Shown here: positions 12,111-25,945 of the stretch, piece after piece
Layout: every line of letters starts with the position of its first letter
Position numbering within the stretch: the stretch's first letter is position 1
From: Basidiobolus meristosporus CBS 931.73
Lineage: Eukaryota > Fungi > Basidiobolomycota
DNA length: 64,000 nt
Assembly: GCA_002104905.1 (NCBI GenBank)
Contig: MCFE01000397.1
Span: forward strand, 1 to 64,000
Reading direction: 5' to 3'
Translations under genes and position numbers: made by a program
Notes under the pieces: model-generated
What the model was told of the DNA's origin: nothing
Databases searched by the model: none
What the model saw: only the letters and a program-made list of their open reading frames with translations

Positions 12111-15100
12111 TGTTGAAATATTGGGCTATTTGGTATCATTCTGCAGCTAAAAGCTTACATAATAATTCTGGACTAGTCTTGGTCACTCTGGGACTAATTT
12201 ACAGCTCTGACTTTGCCACTTTCTTCAGAACTATGATCCTATGATTATTCCCCTGTAGTCAGGATCAAATTAGCACTAATACTTACTATTATGTACTAAC
12301 CCTGAAACTGTTACAGAATGCTCCTGAATACCAAGAAACCCTCCTTACTTAGTGTTTCAGCTGTATTACTTCTACAAAGGTATAAATACTGAATTTCTTT
12401 ACTAATAAGCAACAGTTCAACTATCATCACTATTTCTTGATAAGTTCCTTATATCCAAATCACTTCTTAAATTGCAACAGGTTATGAGCCCCATTTACCT
12501 TAATCTATTCTAAAGATGACTTCTACCAGCAAACAGAACAATACAAACATCTTCCCTTTAAAGGAGAGGTTTGATGGAAAGAACTACAAACTTTGGATAA
12601 TCAAGATGTAGATCCACCTTGAGGAAAGGAAGCTTTGGAATATAGTAGCAGGAAAAGAAGTTGAGCTCAAGGGAACAGCAGAAGAAGTGGAGAAGTTTCA
12701 AGAGAAGGAGAGAAAGGCCTTTAATGCCATATGTATCAATGTGCAAGATTCCTTCATTGGACAAATCCATGCCTCAAATACTGCCAAAGCAGCATGGGAA
12801 TACTTGAAGAAGATCTTTAGAGCAAAGTCAGTATCAAGCAAGCTTCATTTAAGACAAAAGTTCTTCAACATGAGGAAGAAGCCAGATGATGACATGCTAC
12901 AACTCATTACCAAAATGGAGACACTAGCAGAAGAACTTTACAGTATTAATGCTGGTGTAGATGATGAAGAAAAGATTCTATGTCTGCTTTGCAGCCTACC
13001 AGACAAGTATGAGCCACTCATACTTTTTTTTGAAAGCAGAGATGACAATTTGACTCTAGACTATGTCAAACAAAGACTTCTCCATAAAGAACTCCAACGT
13101 AATGATCAAGCAGAGAAAATCAAAGATAATGCTTTGTTCAGTTCAGAAAGGCACTCAGAAAAGAAGGGAAAGCAACAAAACCAAAGAAAACCTGGTTGCT
13201 GCTACTATTGTAAAAAGCCAGGACACTGGGCAAGAGAATGCAAGAAGAAATAAGCAGATGAAAAACAGTAACTAGAGCAGGCAAACCATATAACTACTGA
13301 TGAACAGTTATTTGTAACCATACAAGAGAGTGCAAGTAACCAAAGTAATGAATGGTCTATTGACTCTGGAGTCTCACATCATATTTGTGGTATAAAGGAG
13401 TAGTTCAGCAACTTGAAGACTATTCCTGTACAAAAGGTTTATCTGGGAGATAACTCTGCTCTGGATGCTACCGCAAGTGAGTCTATACAATTAAAAATGA
13501 GCAATTGCTCAGGGGCAACAACAGCAAGACTCACTGATGTACTCTATGTACCTGGAATGGCTAAGAACCTACTCTCAGTCAGTAAAGTAACTGCTCAGGG
13601 ACTGAAATTTGTTTTTACTAAGATGAGCTGCTCAATATTGGGTGAGAATGGACAAAAATTAGCTTTGGGAATTAGAGATCACAATATATACAATTTACAA
13701 TGCAAGATCATTGTACCTGAGCATGTCAACATTGCTGAAACTAATGAAACCAACTAGGAGACATGTCAGAGGAGGCTAGGACACATTGGGGCACAGAAAA
13801 TGAGCCAATTGGTGAAAAATCAGCTTGCTTTGGGCCTTAAATACTCAATTCCAATCAATTTGAATGTTTGTAAGGGATGTTCATATGTCAAACAAGCTAG
13901 GCAATGTTTCAAGAGCTCTGAAGGCATCAATACCACCAAAATATTGGCTATTGTACACTCAGACATATGTGGCCCCATGAGAACACTGTCCTTTGGAGCC
14001 AAGAGATACTTTATGACGTTTATTGATGACAAAACAAGATATACTTGGGTGTACTTCCTCAAAACAAAGGATGAAGCTTTAGGGATGTTTAAGCACTTCA
14101 AGAACATGGCAGAAACACAAACTGGGTGTAAATTGAAGGTACTACAAAGTGAGAATGGAGGAGAATACTGTTCAACAGAGTTTGCAAAATACTGCTTGTC
14201 TACTGGTATACTTAAACAGTCCACAGTTCCTCATACTCCACAGCACAATGGAGTAGCAGAATGTGCAAATTGAACAATAGTAGAGATGGGAAGATCTATG
14301 CTACATGATAAGGGAATGGACTACAAGTTTTGGGCTTTAATCTGCTGATACTGCAGTATACATCAAGAACAGATGCCCAACAACAGCACTACGTGATTCT
14401 ACACCCTTTGAAGCATATACAGGCCAAAAACCAGATCTCCAGCACCTCAATATCTTTGGCAGTGACATTTTTTATCACATTCCTGACAAAAAAGCTCAAA
14501 GTTGGAACCAAAGAGTAGGAAAGGTATCTTTCTTGGGTATTGTGAAGATACTAAAGGGTATAGAGTGTATGAGGGCAAAATTCAGAAGCTGATCAAGAGC
14601 AGGGACGTTGTATTCAAGGAGAATTCAGATCAGAAATCCACAGAAATCATTGGCCAGCTGCCTGATGATGCAATCAACACTAATGAAGAAGATATGTACC
14701 AAATCCAGCCAGATACGGAAGATGATTCCACCAGCTCCAGATCAGAGCAAATTATCCCAGCTAGGAGAGCAACCAGAATAAGAAATGCCTTAGGATATTG
14801 GTTGCAGACATCCAATGATCATGAAGAAGCTTATCTTGCCTTATGTGCTAAACCTTAGAATCTGGAACAGGCAATGCAAAGTCCAGATGCTACTATGTGA
14901 CAACAAGCCATGCAGGAGGAGTACCAATCATGGATAAAGGCAAAAACATGGGAACTGGTAGATTTACTAAATGGGAGAAAGCCAATAGGATGTAGATGGG
15001 TCTACAAGATCAAGATAACCCCAAGTGGTGCTGTTGATAAGTACAAGGCTAGATTGGTGGCAAAAGGCTATTCCTGGATCCAGGGACTAGACCTTAAGGA

Positions 15101-16794
15101 AACATTTGCTCCGGTTGCCAAGTTCAACTTCATTAGGACAGTTCTAGCCCTGGCAGTTGTACACAGTCTAGTTCTACACCAAATGGATGTTAAGACAGCC
15201 TTTCTGAATGGGGATTTGCAAGAAACTATATATATTGAGCAACCAGAAGGTTTTATCAATCCAAAAGACCCAATAAGGTGTGCAAACTTAGAAAATTGTT
15301 GTATGGGCTTAAGCAGGCACCAAGAGCATGGTATAACAAGATTGACACATGTCCAGAGGAAAATGGGTTCTCTTGTAGCACTGCAGATCACAGTATACAT
15401 GTGATACAGCTCAAAAAGGGTGTGATCATCCTAGTTCTTTATGTGGACACCTAATTATAGCTACAAGTGACCAAGAGGCACTTAAACAGACAAAATCAAA
15501 TCTCTTCAGCAAGTTTGAGATGAAAGATCTTGGAAAAATGAGCTGTTTTCTTAGAACTGAGGTCAAATCTGACATACCTACACAGAAAATTGTGCTGAAT
15601 CAGTCTAAGTACATCAGGGACATTCTTAGACGCTTCAATATGGAAAATTGCAAACCTGCAGCTACCCCTATGGACAATAACCTGAAATTAAGCAAATTGG
15701 AGCCAGTTATAGTCAAAAACGGCTCAAATATGGACCAATACTTTCCCTATCAATCAATGGTTGGTAGCCTAATGTACTTGATGGTGTCTACATGTCCAGA
15801 TATTGCAGTGGCAGTTGGAACCGTCAGTCAATTCATGCAAAATTATGGACCAGATCAAATTGCAGCAATTAAGTGGATTCTCATATATCTACAAGATACC
15901 ATAAATATGGTACTTCAATACTCTGGAGCAGCTAATAGGCAAAAATTTGATGGTTATAGTGATTCAGTCTGAGGTAGGGATCTGATTGACAGATGCTCTG
16001 CCACAGGCTATGTACATCTTTATGCTGGTGCAGCTATTACTTGGAATTGCAAGAAACAACCAAGAGTGGCCCTACCTACAACTGAAGCAGAATATATGGC
16101 TGCATGTCAAGCAACTAATTAGGCTATATGGCTACAAAAATTATTCAAAGACTTAGGTTTTAACTCAGATGAGCCAACATGTATTTACAAGGGTAATCAA
16201 GGTTGTATTTCATTAGCTTTAAATCCTACTAATGTTGCCAGAGCTAAGCACATTGATATACAGCATCACTTTGTGAGGAAAGCTGTAGAAAATAACTTAG
16301 TACAGTTAGTGTACTGCCTAACTAACAAAACAGTGGCAGATATATTGGCAAAACCACTAGCTAGGCCACAATTTGAGAATCTCAGGGAGGAATTAGGATT
16401 AAGAAATTATTAGGTTGAGGGGAAGTGTTGAAGTATTGGACTATTTGGCATCATTCTGCCGCTAGAAATTTACTTAACACTTCTGGACTAATCTTGGTCA
16501 TTGAGGGGCTTATTTACAGCTCTAATTTTGCCACTTTCTTCAGATCTATGATGCTATGATTACTCCTCTATAGTCAGGATCAAATTAGCACTAATACTAA
16601 CTATTATGTACTAACCCTGAAACTGTTACAGAATGCTCCTGAATATTGAGAAACCCTGCTTACTTAGTTTTACAACTGTATTACTTCTGCAAAGGTATAA
16701 ATACTGAGCTTCTTTACTAATAAACAACAGTTCAACTATTATCACTATTTCTTGATAAGTTCCTTATATCCAAATCACTTCTTAAATTGCAACA
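12111..16794 (+). mobile_element. Full-length but decayed copia-A element (LTRs 12111-12479 and 16426-16794)
   Basis: Two 369-bp TG..CA LTRs; PBS GGTTATGAGCCC at 12480-12491; PPT GGTTGAGGGGAAG; TSD CTATC/CTCTC with one mismatch. Confidence 0.93.
12516..16431 (+). pseudogene. pol: Copia-A gag-pol pseudogene with many stops and frameshifts
   Basis: Fragments 12687-13253, 13413-13757, 13800-14273, 14502-14858, 14910-15404 and 15520-15972 are colinear with the intact 1305-aa ORF. Confidence 0.92.
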
Positions 16795-19255
16795 CTCTCA
16801 GTATATTGATGCTATCTATCATATCAGTAGTATTGGTCAGCAGATAAATGAGCAAATCCTTATCAGACAGCAATAGGTATATTAAGTAGGATCTGATTTG
16901 GTGATGATGATACAATCAAATGAGTCATCAGCCACAACCTACATTAGGAAATACAATTAGTCAGCAATTGATCTGGCAAAATGTATATAAGGAGCTGCTG
17001 GAACCTCAATAAAGATCAGTTCATGTTTTAGTGAATACAATACAGGCCAAACCCCCTATTCCTCTACACCTCTTGTATCTAGACTTGTAACACACAATTC
17101 CCTACCTCAGGCTTGGGTAGACTCTTTTCCCTTTAGCTTTACCATAATCATTGCCAGATCTTTTGCTGTTACTTTAAATGAGTACCTCTTGTGTTGCAAT
17201 ATGTTTTGTCCTTCATAAGTGCTGCATGAGTGCATTCATTTTTGCCTGCTTGTCCCTCATCAGCAATCTTCTGGCTACCTGACATGTCTTTGCTGATTTT
17301 TTTGTGCATTTAGTCCACTTATTAAAGGCTCCTGAAAAAGCAGAAGGTCTTTACTAGTGCTAGGCTCTACACAGCTTTGATCAAGTGATTCATGTATCAA
17401 ACTACTCTTTTTCTATGATAAACACCATACTGATGCAGCTGTTTCTCCCTGCCCCTACACAAGATAATGGATATAATCCTGTGAAAGGCCATCACAAGAT
17501 CAAGGTCCAGTGACCAAGAGGTATTGATCATTTTAGGACACTAGGCAAAGACTGTTGCAAAATAATTGCACCCCAGATTTCACAAAAAAGCTTAGTCAAA
17601 ATATTTCATCATAACAACACATAAGTGGCGTTTGACTGGTACTCTGCTAATCTTCTCACTTTGTGGTCCTAGACACTGAACCACCTCCTATGTTTGTATT
17701 CATTGATTGGTTATTGCTGCTCATCCACACTCCTTACTTCCTGACTCAACCAATTCACTTACATTTCATGCATCCAATTGATTTATTTCCATTGACACTT
17801 CAGTTGTACCTCAATGGCCAGTTGTCTTGACCTAAACTAGTCTCTTTATTCTACACTAACATTGAGCCCAACCTTACATGCAACAAGTAACTCTGTTGAA
17901 ATCCACCATTCAATTGGTATTTCTGCTGTAACCCTCTTTTTGCAACTCTTTGGTGGGAACCCTGCAGCTTTACATCACCGTTAATTCATGGGTTCCCATA
18001 TATCCTGGTCTTCAGCCAGCACTGCAAGGTCTAGCACCTCATCTGCCAGTCTTTGAAATAAATTCTTGCAATAATAAAGTGTGTTTCTGGAGCACTGCTC
18101 TTGAAAAAGTGCTGCCATCCCTTGGTGTGCCTATTGGTGTTCCAAAACTCCACCGCAGGTATACAATAGTCATTTAACTTCTTAAAATTGATGCTTTGTC
18201 TGTCAGTGGGATATCCAATCTGCCTACAATGGCAGATGTGAAGGCAGTGGTAGACAAATTGTATTACTCTGCAAACTCAAATACCTCACTGGAGTGTAGC
18301 TGAACTGGCTGTGCTTTCAACTCTAGAGAAAACAGCATCTGTCTAGTTTGTAACTCTACTGGGTTGACAACATCAATTAGTGAGAACTACAGCATTTTTC
18401 TCCCACCTCCCTTTGTCTGGCTTACATTGGGCTTTTTCTCTTCACCTTTCTCTTGATCATAGCAAAGTCACTCACTGCTACTTTGATGGAGCTCTTGAAA
18501 GGTACTTTATTTTCTCCTTGGTGAATGTTACACTAGTACATCTGTTTTGCAGGCTGGTCCCTTGCTAGTACTCAAAAATGTGTTTTTATCACTGTCAAAT
18601 TGCTCACTGCTACTGTGAACTAATGCTTATTGCATTGTACTATATTTTCTTCCTAATGAATGCTGCACTGGTGCATCTGTTTTTGCCTATTGATCCTTTA
18701 CTGGCACTCCTCTGGCTATATGATGTGTCTTTGCCACTTGTTAGGAGCTTTTAGCCTTGCTGGTCTTCAACTGTTGCACCCTTATTCTGTGGCCTTTGAT
18801 GGTTTCTGCTATTCTTGAGTCACTATCTAAACATACAAATGCTGGCTCATAATCTGTCTGCATGCTTGAGTCCAGGATAATGCTCATGGAGCAGGTAAAG
18901 TGCATTCCACTTGGCTTTGAGTTCCTGATGATCCCATGGAATGCCAGCCTTAAGGTGATGCCATATTAGACTTCTTTCAGCATCTTGCATATTAGACTAC
19001 TCAGATTATTGCACTCAACAGCATCACGGATTCTCAGTGTCTTTTAATTTATAGGCTAGGATACACTGTAGTCTCACCCACCCATGCTGTGATAGGTATT
19101 TCAGGGGGCTTTATATGTGGGCAATGTTTATGTGCTTCAGCAATTATATGGTGTTCTTCTGCTGTTACATTGGAAATGGCTCAATTCATGGCATTGATCT
19201 TGAGCTACTCAAGTTCCTTCTTTGCAGCAAAGATGTTGCATTCACTACCTGAGAT

Positions 19256-22200
19256 CCCTATGAAAAATTATTGAGATGATCCCATTAAAAGGCCAACTCA
19301 AAGTTAAAGTCCCAAGACTAAAAGGTACTGATCCCTTCAGGACACTGCTCAGGTTGTGACCCTTGGGTCCATTACTATAAAAATAGATGGTTGGTTCCTT
19401 TGCTTACTACAGATCTTGTAGCGCATAAAGGCTTAGATTTTATCAAATGTTGTGGCAAAGTAAGGAATATGTGGACATTGATATTTCACTCTACAGTTGC
19501 TTCATCAAGTACTGGTGGATGAAAATTTGGAAAATGTCCGGAAGACCTTTTTTGGATGTTTCCCTGCTTGTTGCACTAAATGTCAAAGAAAGCTGTTGTC
19601 CAACCATTCTTCTGTTGCTGTCAGCGGTGGGGTTTGATTAGGAACCAGACAACTTTGCTTTATTTTTTGGTGGCATATATATGAAAGTGGGTCAAACTAA
19701 AGGTGCAAAGGTGTTACATATACATGTGTATGTGGTGCCACAACTGTATTTATAGTGCTTTCTACGGCAGGTCATCATTGAATCTCACATTCATATAGAT
19801 GCAATGTCTCAAAAACAAGACTGCCTTAAGTTCACATGAGTATCAACAAAAAAGTGATATTATAGTGTTACATTGTTGATGGTCAAACTGTTTGCCACAT
19901 GGACAAGATTACTTTGACTCAATGTTGTAAGACAAGAGAAAAAAGACCATGTGGCTATTGTGGCAAGCCCCTCAGCCATGAAGCACACAGACAGCATAGG
20001 AAGTATTACAAGGATTACTGCCAGTGTTTTGCTACCCAAGTCATATTTGACCATTGATTGGTCACTACTATACCAACATTGTCTTGTTGGCCATTTGATA
20101 CTAATGTATTGGCACCTGCCCAGCTTTGTCACCTTGCACAAACTGAGTCAAGTGAGTTTTTGACACCTTTGGGCTCACCTCAGCCTTCCAAATATGGCAT
20201 GCAGAGTGATAGCTCTGATGAATAAGGTTTACTGATGGATTTTGAGCCTATCTCTTGTAACAACAGTACCATGTATTAGACCTGTCAAATCTCTATATGC
20301 AATGCAACAACACCCATTTAAACAAATGCCAAGGATACTTTATGGAGCCAAGTGAGCCTAGTAATACATCTACCGGTGAATGATGTAGTGTTGTGGCTTG
20401 AGAAGTGGCATGTCTCTGTTGCAATTTAAGAAGTGATTTGGATATAAGGAACTTATCAAGAAATAGTGATAATAGTTAAACTGTTGTTTATTCATAAAGA
20501 AGCTCAGTATTTATACCTTTGTAGAAGTAATACAGCTGCAACACTAAGTAGGGAGGGTTTCTCAATATTCAGGAGCATTCTGTAACAGTTTCAGGGTTAG
20601 TACATAATGTTTGGTAATAGTGCTAATTTGATCCTGACTATAGGGGAATAATCATAAGATCATATATCTGGAGAAAGTGGCAAAGTTAAGGCAGTAAATG
20701 AGTCCTACAGTGACTAAGACTAGCCTAGAATTGTTAAGTAAATTTTTAGCTGCTGAATGATACCAAATAGTCCAATATTTCAACAGTCTCCACCAATATC
20801 AGTAATGGGGGCTTTGAGGATTTTTACTACTTCTTGCCAAAATCATACTGGGATGCAACTTACCATGTACATTGTACAAGTGGACAACCATCATGCAGCT
20901 GGCAACAAATGATCCAGAGACTGTCCTGATTCCAGCATGTGTTACCATTTGCATGGCATTCAAATCCAAAAATGCTACCATTGCAACATGCCCAAGTTGT
21001 CAGATATCCACCACCATTAGGGGAAAACATTGTTCACACCCTGGATATATTCTGGTCGTACCCTGTCTGAGGAAGCTGATGCAGTCCAACAAATATTGCA
21101 AAGCAATACAGTACTGGACTCTCATAAAACAAGTACTCTACCAGCAAATCTTGCTGGCCACTGATTCTCATCAATCTGAATCTGCCACCCATCTTGTAGT
21201 ATCAAACCAATAATCTGATGGTAGTCTCACTGGTATATGGGCCTAAATTGCTGTCCAACCTGCATAGCTACCTGTATCCATTGCTGGATTAACTTTGTAT
21301 GCCTTTCAGCATGATAACAGTATATGGCTGTCATGTAAAAGTGCATATTATTATGTGCATTAGAGATACCCCTGCCATCAGCAAGATAACAGGTTTTTCC
21401 GGGCACAATAGATAGTATTGCTGTCAAATATGTGAGATCCAGGGGATTTACTTCATAACTGACACACACTATTATTACCCAAATGCCAGTACTAAGAGCA
21501 TCATATTTCCACAGAGAGAACATACAGAAGTCAGCATGCAATTGCAGCAAAGTTGGCTAGCTATAAGCTGGAATATGGATTCAATTGGAAACCAGCAATA
21601 CTTAAGATAGAGGGTATCTGTTAGTGCAAAAGCTTTCCGCTGGGAGCAAAGCACTTGCTTTTCAACACTATCCCTATAATGATCACCAAGTTGCACATGG
21701 GGCATTTCAAGCTAAATGAGCCCTTGAAGATATTACAGAGTATTTGCTACACTAAGCACTTCTCACAAGCTCCAATTTATATTAATACACATATGCAACA
21801 ATACAAATGCAAAGACTGAATGAACTAGATATGTATTTATTCAAGTGGTATTCTGAAGTCATTCCTATCAAGAGTGCAGTGAAAGCATTGGGAGTCATAC
21901 GCGGACATTGTAGGAATATTTATTCTGAAGCAGATCACCAATGCCAACTTGATATATCTACAGCTGTTGTGTGAGGAGTGTGTGATGGAGTTTAAGTAGC
22001 TATACTGGAAATATAAAGCTGAACGTGTAGATCTCTGCCGCTATTGTATCCATTTTCTATTCCATCTTGCATAGTGTGTGGAGAATATTGGGTTTTGATT
22101 CACCTTTTGAGAGTTTCTTATGGAGCAGTTGTGTGGGGAGATAGCCAGAGAAGTCAAGTTGCAGGTAGTACTATATCCCAATAACATCAACAATATTACC

Positions 22201-23267
22201 TTCAAGTCTGTCACAGATGTGATGAGTTGGCATATGGAGGACAGCCAGGAAGAGTTGGAAAGTACTGAGGATAAATGTGCACATGGAGACACCTATGCCT
22301 ATGACATCAAGGAGCTAAGCAGCCCAAATGTGTGGGTAATCAGTTAAGTAATGCAATGTTGGGTTGGGTACAACAAGCAACTCATTTTCATCAGGAAAAT
22401 TCTATTAAGGTGTGCTGGATTTCTCATGGTCACAAGCCAACTTCTACACCACTCAATATGGAATTCACACAAACAAACACCTACAAGGGGGACTAGAATC
22501 CAGCAGGGAGAAGGAATATATTGGCTATATACCAAGAAGTTCTTTGCGGATATTCAGGAGGAATTAATGGCAGAAGTGGTGACAACCAAGCATATGTTTG
22601 CAGGATGTGTATGTAACCTGTAGTACATGGTATATGGTAAGTTTGCAAGTATCACACTAAAAAGCCGTAAAGTTGAGGTGATAGAAGTATGTCAATTGTG
22701 GCAGGTATGCGTGTTTGTGGAGGTTAGTAAGCAGGAGGCCATGTTTTTTTGATTTGAACTATATGTGAATTACCCAAAGTAGTAGTGGGTAAGCAAATAA
22801 AGAGGGATGATTCTACAGTGGAATATATGAAGTGCACAAGGGGGGTAGAAAAAGGAAATAACATTTTGTAAATTAGTACAATAGCATTATACAAGACCAG
22901 CAATGGGCTGTCATACTACCAATATAATGCCATCAGAGTCTTGCTGTGAGGCTGCCAAAGTACCGCCAAGTTTCTTGCCATATAAGACAATGGATGTCCT
23001 GGCCATTTGGATCCACTTAAAATAGTTATAGAGCGCTAAAAGACCGCAACAATACCATGCAGATATCATCACAGCATTGCTTTAGTCTTGTCAAGTTTTA
23101 TCACTTCATTTGGTTGTAAAATTAGCAAAACACTGTCACAATCCTGCCATAAGATTGTTAGAAGGGTCATTGTTTCCAAGCTGCTGGTACTATGATGGTC
23201 TCTAAATGGATCCTGATGGCTGATCTGGATCAAATCTACCCACGGGACCAAATTATTTCTCATAGGG
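19256..23267 (+). mobile_element. CACTA-like internal-deletion derivative (D1) with both termini
   Basis: Left end CCCTATGAAAAATTATTG, right end CCAAATTATTTCTCATAGGG. The interior is colinear with 44718-56411 but lacks most of the accessory gene and about 130 bp of transposase, including the LDGF motif. Confidence 0.85.
20417..20785 (-). repeat. Copia-A solo LTR (369 bp)
   Basis: Near-identical to the LTRs at 33463 and 37780. Perfect 5-bp TSD GTCTC. The empty site is visible in the homologous transposase at about 47845-47860. Confidence 0.96.
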
Positions 23268-23530
23268 CAATATTGAATGCTTTACATGTGTTATCTGTTC
23301 ATTCTGCTTCTGAACTACTTCCTGAGGAAGAAGGCTCACTGCAAGATTGTAAGCCTATTTTCCCTAACAAAAGTACTATGCCTGAGCCCAGCAAAATCCC
23401 AACATGGAATGAGACTACATCAATAAAAATATGTCAAGGATACTTAATGGAGCAAAGTCCAACCAGTATACAATCTGGTGGTGAATGATGTGATGTTGTT
23501 ATTAAAGAAATGGCATGTTTCCACAAATTT

Positions 23531-25896
23531 TGGCAATCATTGATTACATCATCATCACCCAACTTGATTACACTTCATACATCTATTTCTGTATGATAAG
23601 GATCTGCTGATTCATCTACTGACTAGTACTACTGATATGATAGATAACAATGACATACTGATAGGCTAAACCTTAAACTGATTGATTTGTTTGAAAACTG
23701 ATATAACTTGAACATTCAGCCAATAAATCATAATGTTATTCCCTAATAAAGTTGAGAGGGTATTCCAGAATCTCTTTTCTGGCAATACTAATATCTTGAT
23801 GGATCAGTATTGTAAGCAAGTCTTGCAAGCCTGAGTCTGTCTCTATGAACTAAGTCTTCCCAGATATTACCTTGTTTGTCCACTGTTGGTAAGTTGTAAA
23901 TGGACATTCTCTGATGGTCTTGAAAGGTCCTGTTCATTGTGGCTCAAACTTCTTCCATGTTGTTGTCTCTCAGTAATACAAAGTTCCCAACTGTCAATGT
24001 CTCTGGTGATATAGTCTTATCTGATCCTTGCTTCATCTTTTCTGTGCTGGCCTATGCTTTTGGTGTCTTTGTTCCAGCTGTTGGTGTCTACTTGGCTGAC
24101 TGAGTTCATCCTCTAAGGTGACTGTAAGCTTTGGTTTTGCTGAACTCCTAGAATCCTTGGTGCATATTCATACACTAAGTAAAGTGGCAATTGTTGGGTG
24201 GTGTTGTGCACTCTTACTCTGCAGGCAAAGAGTGCTTGGTCTATATACTCATCCAATCTACTAACAGCTCCATTTGCGTACTTAGTCAGTATTCTTACAA
24301 ATAATTCATTAAACTGCTCAGTGACTCCATAAGTTCTAGGGTGAAACGCTGAGGTTGCAGGTGTTTGATTTGCTGCATTTCTAGGTAAGCTTTCAATATC
24401 TTTGCCATAAAATTTGCTCCTCTAGTGGATGAAATCTCTACAGGGCATCCAAACTTCATAAGGATTTGTTGGTAGATGAAACTTGTAACTACTTGCTCAC
24501 TGGCTACAGGTACTGCTTTAGCCACTGGCCATTTAGTGGCATGATCAATTGCTACTAGGATCCACCACTTGCATTTCCTGGTGGTTGGTAGTCTTCCAAT
24601 AAAGTCAGTTCCTCATCTCTCAGATGGTCTCCCAGGCTCTGAGGGAAAGAGTGCAGCAATTCTCTGTGGTTGGCCTTAGTTGATTTGGCAATATGGGCAT
24701 GTTTTCACTAGCCTCTCAATATCTTGTTTCATTCCGGGCCACCATGCTCTGACTTTCACAAGGCTATAGGTTCTTTCAACTCCAAAATGTTCACATCCAT
24801 TGTGTAGCTTATGTATTAAATTCAGGCAAGCAACATAAGGGCAATAAGCAATAGGGCTTCCATCAACAACTTGGTAGGGTGTTTCATCCTGTACCATAAG
24901 CTTGCTGGTTTCATCCCAGATTATCTTCTTAATCTCTTCATCCACCACATTAGGAATGGCTTGATCCTCCAAGTACTCTGGTAATAAGTTAGGCTAATCT
25001 AATTCATGCACCAAGTTGAGTTATGCAACTTGTTCTAGTCTTGATAACATATCAGCAACTGTGTTGTTTTTCCCAGGGCAGCAGACTGTCTTTAAGTCAA
25101 ATTGCTGAGTGTATTCACACCATCTTGCCATTCCTCTAGAGCTTGACAGCTGACTAGTTCATTCTTGAGCATTTGAAAGGCAGTGTCATAAGCTATGTTG
25201 CAATTCATGGTGTTGTCTTTCATGAGAATATCAGTTAAAAGGGTTTCAATACTTGCAAAGGACTAGACAAATCTCCAATAATAGGAGACTATTTCAAGAA
25301 ATGATGCAAGTTCTGATATGCTATGGGGCTCCTTTAGATTCTTGATGACTTCAACCTTGTTGGGGTCTAAGGTTACTGCTGTGCTAGTCACCATGTGTCC
25401 CAGGTATTCAGCATGTTCCTTGAAGAGTTCACACTTTACTAGCTTGCCATACAGCTGGTTCTCTCTTAACTTCTTCAAGACCTTTTCAATATGCACCAAG
25501 CGTTCCTCTTCTGTCTTGCTGTAGATCAATATGTTATCTAAGTAGATTACCACAAACCTGTCTAAGTGTTCCTGGAAGACTGCTGGCACCAAGAGCATAA
25601 ATGTTGCAGGGGCATGGGTAAGGCCAAAACTCATGGCTTGGTACTCAAAGTGTCCATTTCTGGTCTTGAATGCTGTCTCGGGGATGTGTTCTGGCTCCAC
25701 CCTAATCTGGTGGTACCCTGACATGAGGTCAATCTTGCTGAATAGGATGACTCCATTGAGTTGGTCTGCTATTTCACCAGCTGACTAACACTAATGAGCT
25801 GATAGGCAACACTGATATACTGATAGGCAAAACATAAAACTAGTTGATTTGATTAAAGCTGATCTCACTTGAACATTCAAGTTGTAGATGATAACA
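23531..25896 (-). mobile_element. Decayed Gypsy G1 fragment: partial 3' LTR about 23531-23736, IN, RT with RNase H deleted, partial LTR about 25770-25896
   Basis: ORFs 24295-24525 and 24676-24972 (IN, RAWWPGMKQDIERLVKTCPYCQ) and 25263-25724 (RT, IYLDNI). Homologous to 28159-33103. Confidence 0.8.
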
Positions 25897-25945
25897 GTCT
25901 CACCAGCATCCTGGCCTAAATCACTACCCATCCTGGATAGCTAGA

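Larger units (their letters stand above)
10745..17092 (+). mobile_element. 5'-truncated, internally deleted Gypsy G1 copy. RT fragments 10763-11800, IN tail to 12035, 3' LTR split into 12036-12110 and 16800-17092 by a copia-A insertion
   Basis: RT motifs [28 protein letters not shown]-like GTAGGGAA before TGTTATGATC. The two LTR halves rejoin to match the reverse complement of 32726-33103. Confidence 0.8.
17453..23530 (+). mobile_element. Old CACTA-like copy (D0), interrupted by copy D1 and truncated on the right
   Basis: Degenerate left end CCCTACACAAGATAATGG. Accessory-gene homology runs about 17900-19255 and resumes at 23268. A deletion then jumps to transposase sequence homologous to about 47640-47870. 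Confidence 0.65.
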
